Source of the DNA: Ruminococcus albus 7 = DSM 20455
Lineage (GTDB): Bacteria; Bacillota; Clostridia; Oscillospirales; Ruminococcaceae
Assembly (NCBI RefSeq): GCF_000179635.2
Contig: NC_014824.1
Location: 60,001-92,000 of the forward strand
Direction of reading: 5' to 3'
DNA length: 32,000 bases
Shown here: in pieces, positions 31,099-32,000 of the stretch
Layout: each line of letters begins with the position of its first letter
Position numbering within the stretch: position 1 is the first letter of the stretch
Position numbers and translations under genes: made by a program
The notes under the pieces: generated by a model
Seen by the model: only the letters and a program-made list of their open reading frames with translations
Told to the model about the DNA's origin: nothing
The model's database searches: none

Positions 31099-32000
31099 TT
31101 ATTTAATGGTTATCGTGAATGATCGTTTATCCAGGTCTCTTGTATCCCACTTGCCGTTTATCTTGGCGCATATCACGACTTTGTATTTGTCTCCGGGAGT
31201 CAGCCTTGGGGTGGTGTAAGATGTCTTTTCAGTGTATTCTACAACTTTCCATTTGTTTGCGATTTTTACTGCAATGCCGTACTCGGTGGCATTCTTGATG
31301 CGCTCCCATCCGAAACTGTACTGGTGAGTTGTCGGGGAGTATACGCTCCAAGTTTCGGAAGGCTGCCATTCATCTATCACAACGAGCACCGGATTCGAGA
31401 AGTTCATGTCCCACTTGCCGTTATACATTGCGAAGACAGCTACCCTATATTTAGATATGAAGTTCAGACCGCGCAGTGTGTATGAATTGTCTGTTGTCTT
31501 TTCAACAAGCTTCCACTTATCATTCTGATAGACTGCGATGGCGTACTTTTCTGCGTTTTTATCAGCTTTCCAGCTGAGTTCTGCATAACCTGCACCGGGA
31601 ACAAATGTTATGTCGGTCTTATTTTTATTGCCGATATATTCGTACTGGACATTATACTTTTTTGCATACTTCTCGCCTTCGCTGTCAGGATAGCAGTATA
31701 TCTTTAATTCTTTGATCTTTATCTCGTCAAAGCCGATAGCATAATAATAACCGAAAGCCTTTTGGCCGATACTTGTAACGGAGGCAGGAATAGTTACGTT
31801 CAGGAGACTGTTACAGCCATAGAAAGCATCTGAACCGATGGTCTTTACACTGTCGGGGATAGTTATGCTTTTAAGGCTTCTGCAGTCCTGGAAGGTGCAA
31901 TCGTTGATGGCTGTGATACCGTCAGGGATATTTGCGCTTATAAGATTTCTGCAGCAGTCAAAAGCTCCGCCGCCTATCTTTGTAACACTGTCAGGGATAG
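31099..32000 (-). CDS. C-terminal part of a BspA-type LRR surface protein with FN3-like modules (N-terminus outside the window)
   Basis: My hand translation of 31429-31860 in the frame of the listed ORF stays open (...IPDSVKTIGSDAFYGCNSLLNVTIPASVTSIGQKAFG...AEKYAIAVYQNDKWK...). The C-terminal module is homologous to the C-terminus of the 585-3293 protein. Confidence 0.8.
   Translation of the reverse strand, partial: IPDSVTKIGGGAFDCCRNLISANIPDGITAINDCTFQDCRSLKSITIPDSVKTIGSDAFYGCNSLLNVTIPASVTSIGQKAFGYYYAIGFDEIKIKELKIYCYPDSEGEKYAKKYNVQYEYIGNKNKTDITFVPGAGYAELSWKADKNAEKYAIAVYQNDKWKLVEKTTDNSYTLRGLNFISKYRVAVFAMYNGKWDMNFSNPVLVVIDEWQPSETWSVYSPTTHQYSFGWERIKNATEYGIAVKIANKWKVVEYTEKTSYTTPRLTPGDKYKVVICAKINGKWDTRDLDKRSFTITIK

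Overview
This is low-GC Firmicutes/Clostridia-type DNA. AGGAGG-type ribosome-binding sites (RBS) and a type I dockerin suggest a Ruminococcus-like host. Surface-protein genes sit at both ends: a CHAP-ricin-FN3 protein, a BspA-type LRR-dockerin protein, and a second LRR/FN3 protein running off the right edge. Between them, about 9.0-30.9 kb reads as accessory or mobile DNA. It contains: (1) a CobS/MoxR-like AAA+ gene paired with a CobT-like VWA gene, followed by orphan genes; (2) an atypical RNase III-like gene convergent with an orphan-lipoprotein-PP2C-topoisomerase IA operon; (3) a TnpB element with a hairpin-rich putative omega-RNA; (4) small conjugative-element-type genes; (5) a promoter-to-terminator unit with no ORF, which is an ncRNA candidate; (6) about 1 kb of non-coding DNA packed with several palindrome/iteron families; (7) a freshly inserted ISAs1-family IS with perfect inverted repeats and a target-site duplication; and (8) a G-poor non-coding kilobase. 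I saw no tRNA, rRNA, CRISPR array, integrase or relaxase. All domain calls come from motifs read by eye in the supplied translations, and no database search or RNA folding was run. Coordinates of non-coding features were hand-indexed and cross-checked against ORF anchors, but may be off by a base or two.
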